NCBI RefSeq assembly: GCF_026210795.1
Contig: NC_089430.1
Location: forward strand, 4,588,001 to 4,652,000
Source of the DNA: Rhizophagus irregularis
Lineage: Eukaryota
DNA length: 64,000 nucleotides
Direction of reading: 5' to 3'
Under the pieces are notes generated by a model, which was not told the DNA's origin, made no database searches, and saw only the letters and a program-made list of their open reading frames with translations. Below, in pieces: positions 12,789 through 26,765 of the stretch; the first letter of the stretch is position 1, and each line of letters begins with the position of its first letter. The position numbers were made by a program, and so were the translations under genes.

Positions 12789-14234
12789 ATGTTTCAACTT
12801 CCCGCTGATTGCTTGAACGAGATTTTTGAACACTTTGAGAATGACAAATTTACTTTACATTCATGCATGTTAGTTAATCGTTATTGGTGTGGTGTTTCTG
12901 TGAGAATTTTTTGGAGAAATGGCCAGAATTATAATACTTCGAATTTAAATACTTTAATTGCTTGCCTTCCAATCACATCAAAAGAAATTTTATATAATAA
13001 TGAAATTATTATTTCAACCTCAACTTTAAAAACTCCCATTTTTAATTATGCATCATTTTGCAAAGTTTTATCAGTTAATCGAGTTTATTATAAAATTGAA
13101 AAGCTTCTTGAAAATCAACAATATATTTCACCACAAATTCTTAAATATTATACACTTATAGTAGCGCAGGAAATATTTCAAATGTTCATGAATGAAATCT
13201 CTTCCTTAAGAAGTTTCTCTTTTTATTCATATCCAGACATGACTTTTAACATATATTTTATTGGAGCAAAAGATTGTTTAAGAAATCTCACAGAATTATG
13301 TTGTAGTTCAGATATTTCCCCCGAAATATTTTATCAACTATCTCAAATATGTTATAATATACAATCTCTTACTATAGGATTTGAAAGAACTATTGCACAT
13401 GGAATAGCAGATTTAATTTCTGTTCAGAGAAATTTGAAAAGCTTTGATATGATTCTATGTCATGGTATGAGAATTAATGAACAGACAAATATAATTTTTT
13501 CAACATTATTGAGAAAATTTCCTAATACTTTAATTAAATTGAATGTTTATGTAAGAAATAATTGTTTTTCATTACTATTTATTGCCAATTTATTAAATTT
13601 ACAAGAGCTTAAATTATCATTTGATTGTGGTGAATATTTTGTTGATTTTGAAAAGTTACAATATGCTAATTTTCCACATTTACAAGTTTTAACAATTCCA
13701 GATGCATATCCAAGAGATGGATTACTAGTAAAATTCTTAGAAAACAATGGGAAAAATTTAAAAGAAATTTATATACGTGAGACGAAAGGTTGTGATGATA
13801 TTTCATTAAATATAGCTATTGCTAAGTTCTGTCCAAATCTTAAAAAATTTTCTGTTGGAATTAAGAAATTGGTATCATTAAAAATAATTTTACTTTGTTG
13901 CAAAAATTTAGAAAGTATTAAAATTTGGTGTGGACGGGGATTCTTGAGTATGAAAGAAGCATTGGAAGCATTTGTGAAATATTCACAAAATGCTAACGAA
14001 TTGATATTATTTCATGAATTTGCAGAACGATTTAGATTGTCTCCAGAAGAATTAGAGTCTGCTTTTATGAAATGGACAGATCGTGAACCGCAAAAATCAT
14101 TTTCATTAGTAGTTATTAAATATGACGGAATTAGTTTAGATTCTGATGAAAACATTGAAATAATTAATAAATATATTAAATTAGGCGTTATTAAGAAATT
14201 TAAAGCTACGAATCTTGTAGAATATTATAATTAG
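12789..14234 (+). CDS. F-box / leucine-rich-repeat (RNI-like) protein, 481 aa, intronless
   Basis: N-terminal F-box-like LPADCLNEIF..LHSCMLVNRYWC and repeated LxxLxL units (NLQELKL, HLQVLTI, CPNLKKF). ATG at 12789 is preferred because the longer ORF starts inside a MITE. Confidence 0.88.
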   Translation: MFQLPADCLNEIFEHFENDKFTLHSCMLVNRYWCGVSVRIFWRNGQNYNTSNLNTLIACLPITSKEILYNNEIIISTSTLKTPIFNYASFCKVLSVNRVYYKIEKLLENQQYISPQILKYYTLIVAQEIFQMFMNEISSLRSFSFYSYPDMTFNIYFIGAKDCLRNLTELCCSSDISPEIFYQLSQICYNIQSLTIGFERTIAHGIADLISVQRNLKSFDMILCHGMRINEQTNIIFSTLLRKFPNTLIKLNVYVRNNCFSLLFIANLLNLQELKLSFDCGEYFVDFEKLQYANFPHLQVLTIPDAYPRDGLLVKFLENNGKNLKEIYIRETKGCDDISLNIAIAKFCPNLKKFSVGIKKLVSLKIILLCCKNLESIKIWCGRGFLSMKEALEAFVKYSQNANELILFHEFAERFRLSPEELESAFMKWTDREPQKSFSLVVIKYDGISLDSDENIEIINKYIKLGVIKKFKATNLVEYYN

Positions 14235-14830
14235 ACTACAGTATGTATTCATATCCTTATTAACAAAATTAAAATTTTTTATATACTTTAATAAATGTAT
14301 GACCCATAAAATTATCCCACATTTCATTAGTTAAATTTTATATTAAAATACTGTACATGGTTTTTGTTAACATAAACTTTTCTAAAATACTAGTCCTTTG
14401 TATCAATCAAATATGTGAAAGCCAAGAAATAACTCAAAGAAATATAAATAAAATAAAGTGCCCAATTTAATTGAATTATATCAAAGATCGATGTATGCTT
14501 GTATTATATTCGCTATTATAAAATTTTCGTTAAATTAAGCATAATAAAATTTGATATAATATTCTAAGAAATTTTTTTTGTTAATTAATTGAACCTTATT
14601 TTTTTTTGATTAAAAATAAAAAAAGACTTTCGATTACATAACTCACTGCTAAGTAGGTGTTCTTATTATTTTAATGGTTTACGACAATTATAAATATCTA
14701 CGCATGTGTGTATCCTAAGAATTTTAAAAATGATGGAAAAGAAAGAAAAGAAAATTTGCGTTTTGAAACTCTTTAATTGTACGCAGCTCACATACCTAAT
14801 CTCACGTTTTATACAAGGCGTTCATTATAA

Positions 14831-15765
14831 GGTTACGGTACATTTCGCCGAAGCCATTTCGCCGAAAATGATAGATGATATCGATTATCACTTTAATAAA
14901 AATATTAATCGCGCAATGAAATAAAAAGATTTTTTTTTATTTATTTATTAAATTATCTCCTTGTAAATAGATGTAATAGTTACATTTTTACATTTGCTTT
15001 CTAATTATAGCAAATGTATTGATTTTGTTTTATTTTTACGCGAAGTTCTTTGATTATATAAATGTAATAGGATTGATTAAAAGTGTAGCTAATAAAATAT
15101 AAACTACGATAATAAAATTATTTCATTTATATAATAATATTTTGGTAAATATAATTGATTGCGTAAATAATGAATATCGTCAAAAAATTATTTTTGTTAT
15201 TGATATTATCGCAGATTTTTAGTTAAAAAGATACATGAAAGACTATTAGATAATACAAAAGACTATCGTTAATAGTTAAAAAAATTAAGCTGTGAAAGTT
15301 TATATTTTTTTATTTTAGTACATAATGTCTAATTATGGTAAAGATAGGATGGCTGAAGAAATTAGTACAACCTTGAATGATGCTGAAGACGAAATTGATG
15401 ATTATGAAGAGAAAGTGGTGGTACAACCATCTACTGATGATAATGCTGACCTCAAGAATTAGAAATTTTGAATATACTTGATTTGGATTTAATGTTTGAT
15501 AATTTTATTCACAAGTTGAATAGGGAAGGTGATTTGACCCGGAATTGTTAGTTCAGAATTTTATTAACAACTATTAATCGTTGTTTATATGCAAGTAAAT
15601 AGTATTTGATAAAATAATTGACAATATAATAAAGATGTAAACTTAAAAACATTAAATAAAATATAATAATATTTTTAGTAAAAAATGTAAAATAGGTTTC
15701 GGTAAGTTTCGGTTATATAAGTTTCGGGTCGGGATTAGAGATTCGGAAAAATAAATGGATACCGA
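14831..15765. mobile_element. Degenerate DNA-transposon relics (CATTTCGCCGAA repeats, acidic broken ORF, TTCGG subterminal-type repeats)
   Basis: CATTTCGCCGAA x2 at ~14840-14866. Acidic fragment MAEEISTTLNDAEDEIDDYEE near 15349. Clustered TTCGG at 15697-15746. No intact transposase. Confidence 0.3.
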
Positions 15766-18222
15766 AAATGTAATATTTATGCTAAAATTTATGAATTTAA
15801 TAGAAATATGACAATTAAATAGTATTATTTAGTCTATATAAATTAATTATAATTATAAAAAATAGTTTTTTTAACAAATGATATTATAGGTGATAAATAA
15901 TTTATATAAGAAAATTTCAGATCATATTCCAACAATCCAACCTTACAAAACGGAATTAAACTTGATTGATTTTGTAAGTGTACATGACGCATAACCTTTC
16001 CCTGCGTGCTCGTTATAAAAAAATGTCACGAAGTAGCCTTTGGCTGGTGCGTGACGAATATGGAATTATTGAAAAATGAAGTACGGAGGAGTGTGACACC
16101 GATTATAAAAAGTCACACTGCTGCAGCAATAACTGAAAGCAAAAAACGTACGTATTTGGCGCAATTTATGCTTATTTTTATTATGTCCTTAAATTTTTAT
16201 TTCATTAAAAATATTAATAATTTTAATTAATGATATGTATAACTAATTATATTGCAAGTTCACATTTTCCTTATTCAAAAATAAAATGTTAAGAATTTAG
16301 AGTATTCTCAATAGTGAATATAATACAAGTATTATACTTAAATTTTTTTATTGAATTTTTCGTTTTAATTTATTATATTTTAATATAGATGATAATTAAT
16401 TTTGGAATCAACTCCGTATCACTTAATTTCTAGTCAAACTTTTTTTTATAGAAATGCATGTAATTGTGTTGTGTAGGCGTATGATTAAGCTTAGAAAATT
16501 ATAAATTGTATAGCAGTATAAAAAATTATAATTTTTCAGTTGGATGGCATATAATATAATAATGAGATCGTGTATTGTAATTATTTAAAATCTGCCATCG
16601 TCGAATGTAGACGCTTTATAGGAGGATTTTTTTAAATACCTAACAAAACTGAAATGCATTAACCTTTAAAATTTTTTTTGTTAAAGGAAATGTCTTACCA
16701 CTTTTATTTATCCTTTTCGTAATAAAAATGATTAAAAATACAGTCATCAAGAATTTAAGAGAATAGTAGTAAATTCATTATTTTTTTTGATTTGATCAGA
16801 ACCCAAACAATATTTATAATATTTAGATAAAGAACTTCGGTACATCACATTTTGTATTTAACGCGCTTCTTACGAGTCACGTTACATAGTTTACAAGGAG
16901 ATTCCCTGACCTATAATTTGCTGTTATACTGTAATTATGCAAACATACTTTTAAGTAAAAATTATAATTAACCAGCTTATATCTTAACTAAAGTTTAGAT
17001 TCTTACTTGGAATTTAGGTAAATCACATTTTAATAACAGTAATATTTTAAATGAACACAATTACCATATTTAAATTATTAAAATATGAATGAGATATATA
17101 GGAGTGAGCGAACAACTTTTTTTTTTGTTAGTAATGCGCATTTATAAAATTGATGTAGTTACGAACTACCTAGTACTAACTATATTTTAATTACTAGCTA
17201 TAACTAAATAATCTACTAGATGATAAAAAATACCTAATCTGAGAGAAGAAAGGATTACCTCAAGCAAAGTAGACGCAGAGATTAGGCTTCTCTGTTTCAC
17301 CATCCCTATAAAAAATAATTGTTCATTAAACATTCAAAAAATAGTAATTATTTGTTGTTCATTAATAGACTAAAAATCATTCATTATTTGTACATAATTA
17401 TACACATGATATATACATGATATGCAAAAAAAAGGAGCCCAAATTGAATGTTATCCAAACATATTTTGCTTAAATTTTGTTTATAAACTGAAAGAAATTT
17501 GTTTATTTATAAGTTTAATTAATGTACATAATTACTTAAATTTGCTTATAAAATATACTGTACATAAAGTATACATTAAACAGCAAATTATTTTAATAAC
17601 TAAGTATCGCTAATCATTAACAATTTCTTCAAGGTTCTATTTCTTTTTGTGAGTTGCTTTACGAATAATTAATGGTTTCTTAACTTTAATGGATCTTTCA
17701 GCTTCTACCACCGCTGTAGACTTTCTTTTATGGGATATCTGCGAGGAATTGATTGATTATTGATTTATTAGATTTTTTTGGTTTCACTGTTGCAGATTTT
17801 CTTTTACGAGCTGTATCAACTCAACTCAATATCTATTCAATATCAATTCAATATCATTATCAATATATAAAAATGCTCCCCATACTTTGCGCATAAGAGC
17901 TAATCAAATTAGTGAATTTCTCCCTCCTTTCCGGAATAGCCAATTAGCATAGCAACCAATCACAAGAAATATCACTATTAAAATGAAGATCACCTTATAT
18001 CGTTAACTATATAGTACGATCTGTATATAGTGTCAATACAGCCCATTTACCTGCAACCAATTTGTAATACTGTATGGCCTGTATATATAAGATTTTACGC
18101 TATAATACTGTGCTATAACTATCCAAAAATTTACTTTCAGTGAGCGATATATAAGCTATTTGACTAAAGATGATTGAAATTATTAAGGCGAGAAGAGGAT
18201 GAGACTTCACGGTACATATAAA

Positions 18223-18706
18223 TGATACAGTGTATACCAAGATTTGGTCACGATATGGTTTTACATCGTCACGATAAGATTAAGTTGATCATATGCTACA
18301 TATCAAGGAGATCATCACCGGGTCATACAAAAATTGTAGAAATCATAAAATCATAGCTAAGTTATATTAAATGTATATTTAAGTTATAGTCAAATTGTAT
18401 TAAATGTATATATAACTTACACGAGTCGAAGAAGTAGTATATATAGAAGGGAGAACGAAGGGGATTCTTAGTTTTAGTTTTTAGTCTCTATTGGAATATT
18501 TCAGATCTCCGGCGGAGAGCAACAATATTTTTCGTTTATTTTATGATTTATTTCTTTATTCATTGTTTATTAGAATTTATTATATACATTTGTTGTTATA
18601 TATTGTTAATGTTTATTTTAAATAAAGTATACACCTTAAATTTGCATATATATTCGTTCTTCACTTTGTTTTACGTTCCAAATAATAAATTATTTTGTTA
18701 CTATCA
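18223..18706 (+). mobile_element. Candidate solo LTR (~484 bp)
   Basis: TGATA...TATCA termini, internal TATATATAGAAG box followed by a T-rich tract, and AATAAA. The TSD is not clean (ATAAA/CGAAA). Confidence 0.45.
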
Positions 18707-19273
18707 CGAAAATGCGAAAAAAAGTGGTGGTAATAAAATCTCATTTTCCAGTAAACTTGATTTAGCTGAAAAATAAAATTAAAATTAAATAATAAGAAAT
18801 TAAAGATCGAGATATCTTTTTTTTTTGTATAAAGTACCAAATATTCTAAAGTTTTGGAGTCACGTAATTTTCTATTTCGCCAATAATTAATTAAATCATG
18901 CCAATCCATCAAATTTGCCGCACAATTACTGTTAAGTACATATATACAATACGAATATGATATTTAAAAATTTTAGTCAAAGAATATTAAAATAATATAA
19001 ACAACTAAAGTTTTAGACAATAAAATAGTATACGATATGATGATGTATTTATTTTATAGTTTAAATTTATTTTTATTTGATCAAATAAAGTCATGTCGCT
19101 ACATTATATAATAAAAATAAAAAATTTATAAAGAAATTTACTGAAATAATATAATAATAAAATACTGAAATCAAAAAGAATTTATATAAGAAAATAGAAT
19201 AATATATAATTAAAAAGAAATACTAAAATTTTTTGAACAATATACTAGTTTAAAATTGAAATAATTTATTCAT

Positions 19274-19353
19274 CACGCGTGCGATATCATCGCTACCCTC
19301 TATTTTGGCTGGCATTACGTAATTTTGCCCAGAGCGATGCATCGCTATGGGTG
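19274..19353. mobile_element. 80-bp CAC...GTG mini-element with AT flanks, in the kinase 3' UTR
   Basis: CACGCGTGCGATATCATCGCT pairs imperfectly with AGCGATGCATCGCTATGGGTG. AT on both sides. Confidence 0.55.
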
Positions 19354-19377
19354 ATAAATAAATTTACTCCTTAAAAT

Positions 19378-21259
19378 TTACTCATCATCGTCTTGATTGA
19401 GATCTATTGTTTTTTTAAAAAAAAATAATAATAATTAAAATATTAAATTAAATTAATAATTTCATATATTTAAAAAACAGATTGCTTACCTAATTCATTT
19501 AATTCACAATCCAAACATTCAGAAACTATTAATAAAATGAAAATAAATATTATTGTATAATAATCACAATAATCTTTAATAATGCAAATATATACTTACT
19601 TGGATTTGCTGATGACGATGAAATAATTTCTATTAAAAATAATAAAATAGTCAATAAATTATATTTTTATATTAATTTCTTAAACGTATATTTATTTACC
19701 TTGATATGAAGATGAATAATCGGTTGAATTAACTGGTTCTGGAAGATTTTCAAAATTTAAAAGTCTGCTAGTATAGATTGCTTGTGGGTGTGTTTGAAGA
19801 TTTTTAGATTTATTTTCATTTGTTCTGTTTTTTAATTTATTCTCTTTAATTTTTTCATATTCTTTTATTTGATAACTAATTTCACTATTTTCATCCTCCG
19901 TTTCTGTTACATATTTAATCAATATTTGGCGTAATTCTTTAGCAGTTGGTCTATTTTCTGCTTTAGCATCCAAACATTTAATAATCAAATCTACAATTAA
20001 TTTTGGTGTATCTTCAGAAATTTTTGGTCTAAATCCTTTACATATTTTAACAACCAAAAAATGATCATGAGGAATATCATTATAAGGAATTTTTTCTGAC
20101 ATAAGTTCATTCATTATTATTCCAAATGAGTAAATATCTGCTGCTTTTGTATATTGATATCCACGTAAAACTTCGGGTGCCATATAAGGTATTACTCCAT
20201 AAATTCCTTTTCGCTCATTATCATTTACTGGTTGACACATTCCTAAATCACTAATTGATAGTACATCTTCTTCATTATCATGTAATATATTGCCTGAATG
20301 AAAATCTTTATGAATATTTCCAGCATCATGAATACCTGAAAGTCCATCTATAATAAAAAATAAATATTTTATTTTGGTTTCAAGTGTTAAATCTTCCACT
20401 AAAGTACTTCTCAAATTTCCTCCCTCAAAATATTGTAAAACCATCATATAATTTTTAGTATTTGGATCTTGAGTTATTCCAAAACACATAACAGTATTAC
20501 CAGCATAAATATGACATGAAATATAATATTTAATCTAAAATCATAAATTTTGTTAATAAATTATGTATTAAAATACAAATATTAGTAAGCGATATTTATT
20601 TTAATTACCTCATTTAAAAAATCATTACTTATATTATTAGATGAATTATTTAAACTTTTCAATGCAACTTTTATTGAAGTTCGGATCCATTCTTGATTTT
20701 CAATATCCCAATGCCCAATTTTTCCTTCGGGCCAGTAAGCCGAATAAATATTACTAAAACCACCTCTAGTAAGATAGGTAACATTTTCAAAATTTTCAAA
20801 AGGTATCCATTCAAGACATTTTGCGCAAAAAAAAGCATTAAGTTGTGATTGTTGTATTAATTCATCAATATTTTTATTTCCACTAGTCCAATTTTTAAAA
20901 TTTTCCTTAAATCTTTTAGCGTTACAAGGTTGACACCAAAGATATCCTGTACCTGGTTCATTACATTCTCCACATACTCCGTATAATTCTTTTCTTTTTT
21001 CTAAATCCATAATATTTACTTTTTTAAAAACGGAAATAGTTTCATCTGATTCAGTAGTTGAATCAGTTGAAAAAATTGTAGCGTGGAGCTATCAAAATAA
21101 ATGGAATGTTAATAAATATCTATATTGTTTATTATATTATAATATTTTTACCTGATAATCATCATCATAATCTTTTTTCCATAAATTTTTAGCATCAGTT
21201 TTAGAATTATTTTTTATTGTAATCTCAGTTGTATCTAAATTTTGGTTTGAAATATCCAT
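19378..21259 (-). CDS. TKL-like Ser/Thr kinase (HKD subfamily). Exons 21259-21152, 21088-20609, 20534-19700, 19629-19600, 19525-19490, 19403-19378
   Basis: CGEC..WCQPC knuckle, WTSGN, VALK, HKDFHSGN, DLG, PYMAPE. All six exons join in frame at GT-AG introns and end ...LNQDDDE*. Confidence 0.88.
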
Positions 21260-21942
21260 TTTATTAATATTCCTAAGTAAAAATATAACACTTATAATTT
21301 AGCGAATATACTCAATTGTAAATTTTTAATAATATTAATAATGAAAAAAAAAAATTGGGCGTCACGGTTAAATCTCATTTGTCATTAATTGCAAATCTTC
21401 CCTAATTGATATTACATAGTGAACCTAACTTAATTTTGTGTCAATGTTATGATCTCATGACTAAAGGTAAAGTTTCAGAAAAAAATTTTTTTTTCTCTGG
21501 TTTATTTCACATGTAAATGGTAAAATTTTCATAGAACTTTTATCCAAAATTAACTTTTTTACTTTTTGATAAAAAGAATATTTAATACTGTGATTTGATA
21601 CCGTTTTATTTTTTGTGTTTGGTAAAAAAAATTAATTATAGTGGTTTCAAAATTATGCCGATCATGTGTCGATCATTTTTTTTTGACATTTGGATTGGAC
21701 ACATTTTATAGGTGTATAAAGTTTTTATATGAAAACCTGTTGTTATACCTTAAAAAAAAGTTGTTATTTAAACTTTTAAAGGTTCACAATAAAATCATAC
21801 TGAAGAAAGCTGCTCTATAACAGAAAAGTAGTTTTATGAAATCAAACAACAATGATAGGATGTTATTGTACAGAATGTACAGTACATTGTATAATTATGA
21901 GTTATATATGTATATGTATATGAAATTGTCCAATAATTAGTA

Positions 21943-22162
21943 CAGGACCCAGAAATATATATATAAGGGTCAGGCTTGAGTTTGCGTATTTTGAACTAAA
22001 AAATCATGAAAATCTTTCCTTTTTTAGATAATTTTGATAATGCCAGTCAGACTTTTATTTCCTATTATAGTAACCGACTGGCATTATCATAATTTCGGCC
22101 CTGAAAAAATGCGTACAGCTCATAGTTTTTCATCACCTGACCCCTATATTTCTGGGTCCTTG
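21943..22162. mobile_element. MITE with CA(A)GGACCCAGAAATATA TIRs and TA flanks (Tc1/mariner-like)
   Basis: TIR pair, TA at 21941-21942 and 22163-22164. Inverted copy at 29707-29917. Confidence 0.8.
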
Positions 22163-22992
22163 TACAATCTTTATATTAAATATTATTATTCTTTCTATAT
22201 AAATACTGTATTGTTTCAATTTAATTCCGACAATTTTTTTTTATATACCTTTAAAAATTTTATATTTGAAACTGGTTATTTAGTTATTTTTTTTTGATCT
22301 ACTAGCAAAAATTCCTTATTCAATAAAACATATCGAAGAAAGTAATAACAATGTCATAATATACAGGAAAGTGTTTTCCAGCTTCAATAAATAATACCTT
22401 GTTTGCAATATTCATGCTACCTTATAAATGAACTGGAATATTTTAACCCCGAATTTCTATTTTCGGTGCTAATATATTGAACTAGAACTTATTAAAACGA
22501 TTTTATATAAAATTTTGTTGATATCTGAAAATGCGTTGAATACATTTTGTCACTTTCTCAATGATATTCAATAAATAAATAAATAAATAAAATTGAAAAT
22601 ATTAAATATTAATCAAAATTTCAACTAGCTATTAGACAAAGAAAGGTTAATCAAAACTTTTCAAGCACATAATGATTGTTAAGTAAAAACCATAATATTC
22701 TTTGATAATTTAAATGGGTTGGCTCACTTGGCTGAATAGAAAAAGTGAAGCGAAAGGAAGTTCAAAGACAATAATTTTTTTTAAGGAATACAAATTATGT
22801 GACTGACTGACAATAATTTAAATGCATATTCACTATTTCATCAATAATTATTTCTTAGCAAACTTTTCTCTTGTTTGCTATTTGCAAACTAACCTCATTG
22901 CCTTCAATAATACAAGTGGCGACAACAGGAAAATAAAGTTACTGTTTTTGCATTTGTGTGAACTTAGTATTTCTTTCTCTGCACTGTGGCAT

Positions 22993-23256
22993 CCCTATAA
23001 AAAAAGAATGTCCGGAAATTGTAGCTGAAAACGTCCGGAAATGTTTATTTGTCTGGAATATGTCCGGAATATTGCAATATTCCGGATGTTGGAAAATTTC
23101 CATTTTCCGGAAAATGTCCAGAAAATGTCTAGGAGGGTTCAGACCCAGCGTCCAGAAAGTGTCCGGAATATTGCAATTTTCTGGACGTTTTCAGGACACA
23201 CGGACATTTTCCGGATGTTTTTAGCTACAATTTCTGGACATTTTTTTTTTACAGGG
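22993..23256. mobile_element. Foldback MITE with CCCT(A/G)TAAAAAA termini and internal TCCGGA repeats (CMC-like)
   Basis: Long imperfect TIRs (ATGTCCGGAAATTGTAGCTGAAAAC / GTTTTTAGCTACAATTTCTGGACAT). Explains spurious ORFs at 22958 and 23041. Confidence 0.75.
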
Positions 23257-24580
23257 TATTGTCGCTGTTCTGTTTGATAAAAAACATATATTTACTTTAT
23301 TTGACCATTAAAACGTTTTCTATGGGATTATAGAAATTATTATTTATACTTCGGCTTGTAATCTAATAAAAAAATTTGGACACTCTTTCAATATCCCCTC
23401 ATAATTTTTTTTTACATAATCCTAAATCAACATTGAGTTAATCTTTTCTTTCTATTTTCTCTTAACTCAATTCTCGCTGTTGATGTCGTTGTTGCTACTA
23501 TGGTCCATTAGAGCCTATAGGTCCCGCAAAATTTCAAAAATTACCAAATCCTCCTGGATATTAGAACTAATTCATGGAAAGTTCTTTGAATACAAGGATT
23601 TGAAAATAAAAGTGGAAAGAACGAACCTTTGTTGTTAGATAAAGAATTTATTTGATCGACATTTGCAACAATTCAATATTATCATGAGAGTCTAGTAATA
23701 TGATACAAATATTATTTTAAACGTAATCAAAAAAAAAAATATGAATTAAATCATATACATTCCATCGATTTTATCGAGCTTCAATAAGCCTAAATTTCAT
23801 CTCAAAGAAAAATTATTTTATATAAATTAACGTAAAAGAACGAAAAGGATGATGTGGAATGTTGATGACTGATAATGAAGTGTGATTAATAATTAATTTT
23901 TTTTTTAAAAAAAAAAATGTACATTCTAAAGATAGTTTCATTCAATACAGAACTTTTCATGAGGTTTTAATTTTTAACAGTGCAAATACTTAAGAAGAAC
24001 ATGGCGTAGAATAGAAATGATAGGATAAGTTATATTATCCGTTATATTATTTGTCTTTTTTTTCCGTTCCGTTTCGGCAAATATTTCGTCTCTTCAAAAG
24101 AATAAGTTGGGCAACATGTTTACGTACATCCATGATATTTGAATATATATATACTTCATCAGTCGAACGTTCAATATCAAAGTATCTCTTTGTAACAATT
24201 TAATCGTTTTTGAACATTATACGCAAATGTTCCTTAATAAATTATAAATGTGTGATTAATTCATAAAATTTATATAAATAAGTTGATTGAATTTCAAAAA
24301 TTTATACACAATTCTATAAATAGATTTCATTTTCATGAAAACTTACACAATATGAGCTACTTTAGAGTTTAGACTATACCATTTTAATTTTAGAACAAAA
24401 TTATTTCTTTGTTGATATTTCCGACGCAGTAGTACAACATTTGTCGTGTTACACGAATACTGAACATAAAATGAAGCTTTTCCACATCTAAATAATTTTC
24501 TTTCCGATATTTTGACTTATTCCGTTATCTTGTTATTATAAAGTCTATTATTATTGTTTTTTTGAATAATTTATCAAACC

Positions 24581-26133
24581 ATGAGTTGGAACGGATATTG
24601 TGAGAAATGTGAAGTAAATACGAGAAGCTATTGGTGTAAGGCATGTAATGCAAAACGGTTTCAACAAAATTTTAAAAATTGGACTAGCGGTAATAATGAT
24701 ATTGACAAATTTATTCAAGATACTCAATTATCAGCAACTCATTGGTCGGAAGTATTAGAGTGGATACCTTACAATAAATTTTATGATATTGAATATATTG
24801 CAAAAGGCGGTTTTGGAAAAGTTTATAGAGCAAAATGGATTGATGGACAAATTGAAAGATGGGATAATGAAAATCAAAATTGGAGACGATTTGATTCAAA
24901 TATGTTTGTAGCACTGAAAAGTTTAAATAATTCAGAAAATGTTACACTAGAATTTATCAATGAGGTATAAATTTTTATTATTTAATGAAATTTTTTGATG
25001 TGATCTTTTAAAAAAAATGTATATTTAGATTAAATTACACAGTAAAATTGGCGCTTATACGATGAATGTCATTATAGCTTATGGAATAACTCAAGATCCA
25101 GAAACAAAAAATTATATGATGGTCTTGGAATATGCAGAAAATGGAAGTTTACGAAATTACTTAAATAAAAATTACAGTGAATTAGATTGGGAGAATAAGC
25201 TTAAAAATTTATTAAATATTGCATCTGGACTTGAGAAAATTCACGAAAACGAATTGACTCATAGAGATTTACATATTGGCAATGTATTAATGAATCATTC
25301 ACAGACTATTATAACCGATATGGGGTTATGTAAACCTGCAGATTATAAAGAATCAGAAAGTGCAAAAAATAAAATATATGGTGTTTTACCTTATATTTCC
25401 CCTGAAATTTTAAGAGGACAAAATTATACTAAAGCTTCTGATATTTATAGTTTTGGTATAATTATGTATGAAGTAATTTCTGGATTACCTCCTTATCATG
25501 ATGTAAGTCATGATGAAAATTTAGCAATAAAAATTTGTCAAGGACTTAGACCAAGGTTTAATATTAAAGTACCTCAATTAATTATACATTTAATTAAAAG
25601 ATGCTTAGATGCAAATCCATTAAATCGACCAACAGCAAATGAAATTGAAGAAATTTTAAATCAATGGTATCGTGAATTTAGCAATCTAATAGAATTACAA
25701 AAACAAATTAAAGAAGCAGAAGAAATCAACCATAGTTTATCGACTAGCAGCATACCTTTAACTAATTTAGGATTAACATATGAAACACATTCTGAAGCTG
25801 TTTATACAAGTAGATTACTTAATTTTAATAATCTTCCCGAACCAAAAAATTCTGATGATTATTATGATGAACGAAATGATAATATAATTAGTGAAAATTT
25901 TTCAGGTAAATAATAATTTGCGAATAACTAAATTAATTATAAAAATACTAACGTATTTTATTTCATCATATAGAATCTCTACAAATTAATATTTCACAAT
26001 TGAAAATTAGTGATGCAGGTATGTACTGTATAATGATAATTTTAACTCTTTTTTTATTTTATTATATATAATAAATAAATATTTTTTTCGTATTGCAGAA
26101 GAAACAAAAAATGTTGAAGAAATGATAGAATAA
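24581..26133 (+). CDS. TKL-like Ser/Thr kinase. Exons 24581-24964, 25029-25905, 25974-26018, 26099-26133
   Basis: CEKC..WCKAC, GGFGKVY, VALK, HRDLHIGN, DMG, SPE. Introns conserved with paralogs. Confidence 0.92.
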
Positions 26134-26765
26134 GAAATTGTAGTAAATTAGTAGGATAGTAGCTTATTTATGGTAGTAATCTTTTATTATAGATACTTAA
26201 CATATCTTATCATATATTTTGTATATCTCATGATTATAATGTTACGTTTATTTATTTTATATATTACAAATTAAATATGAATTCTTGTATTTTTGTTTTT
26301 TTGATTTGTATGAAATTTTATATTGGATTTATAATATTAAAAAATTTAGTGTACTAAATGTACTTGACATATTTAACGTTCGGAAAATAAAAAAAATGAG
26401 ATTTTATAAAGCCGTAATAAATAATAATCCTTTTAAATTAGTTTAATGAAGCTGGCGATCAAATAAATACTTGTTATCTCATTGTGTATGACGTATACAC
26501 CGGATTCTATACTTTTTATACTTTTTTTATACCGGTGGAGTAAATTACAAAAAAATCCATCGGTATATACATAATACCTTCTTTCTTTAATCTACTAGAT
26601 ACTAACATACTGTATTTATAATATTAGGACGAAACAATACAATAATTAAAATAAAGTAGTTACAGTATAAGTTTATTATGCGCTGAAATCTAATGTAAAA
26701 AAAAAAATATGTTAGTAAAAATTTAAAAATTTTCATTTAAAATAATAATAAATAAATTTTTTTAC

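Noticed and set aside
22034..23277. Short ORFs 22034, 22958, 23041 (and 29645)
   Set aside because: They lie within MITEs, so their similarity reflects repeat DNA rather than protein conservation.
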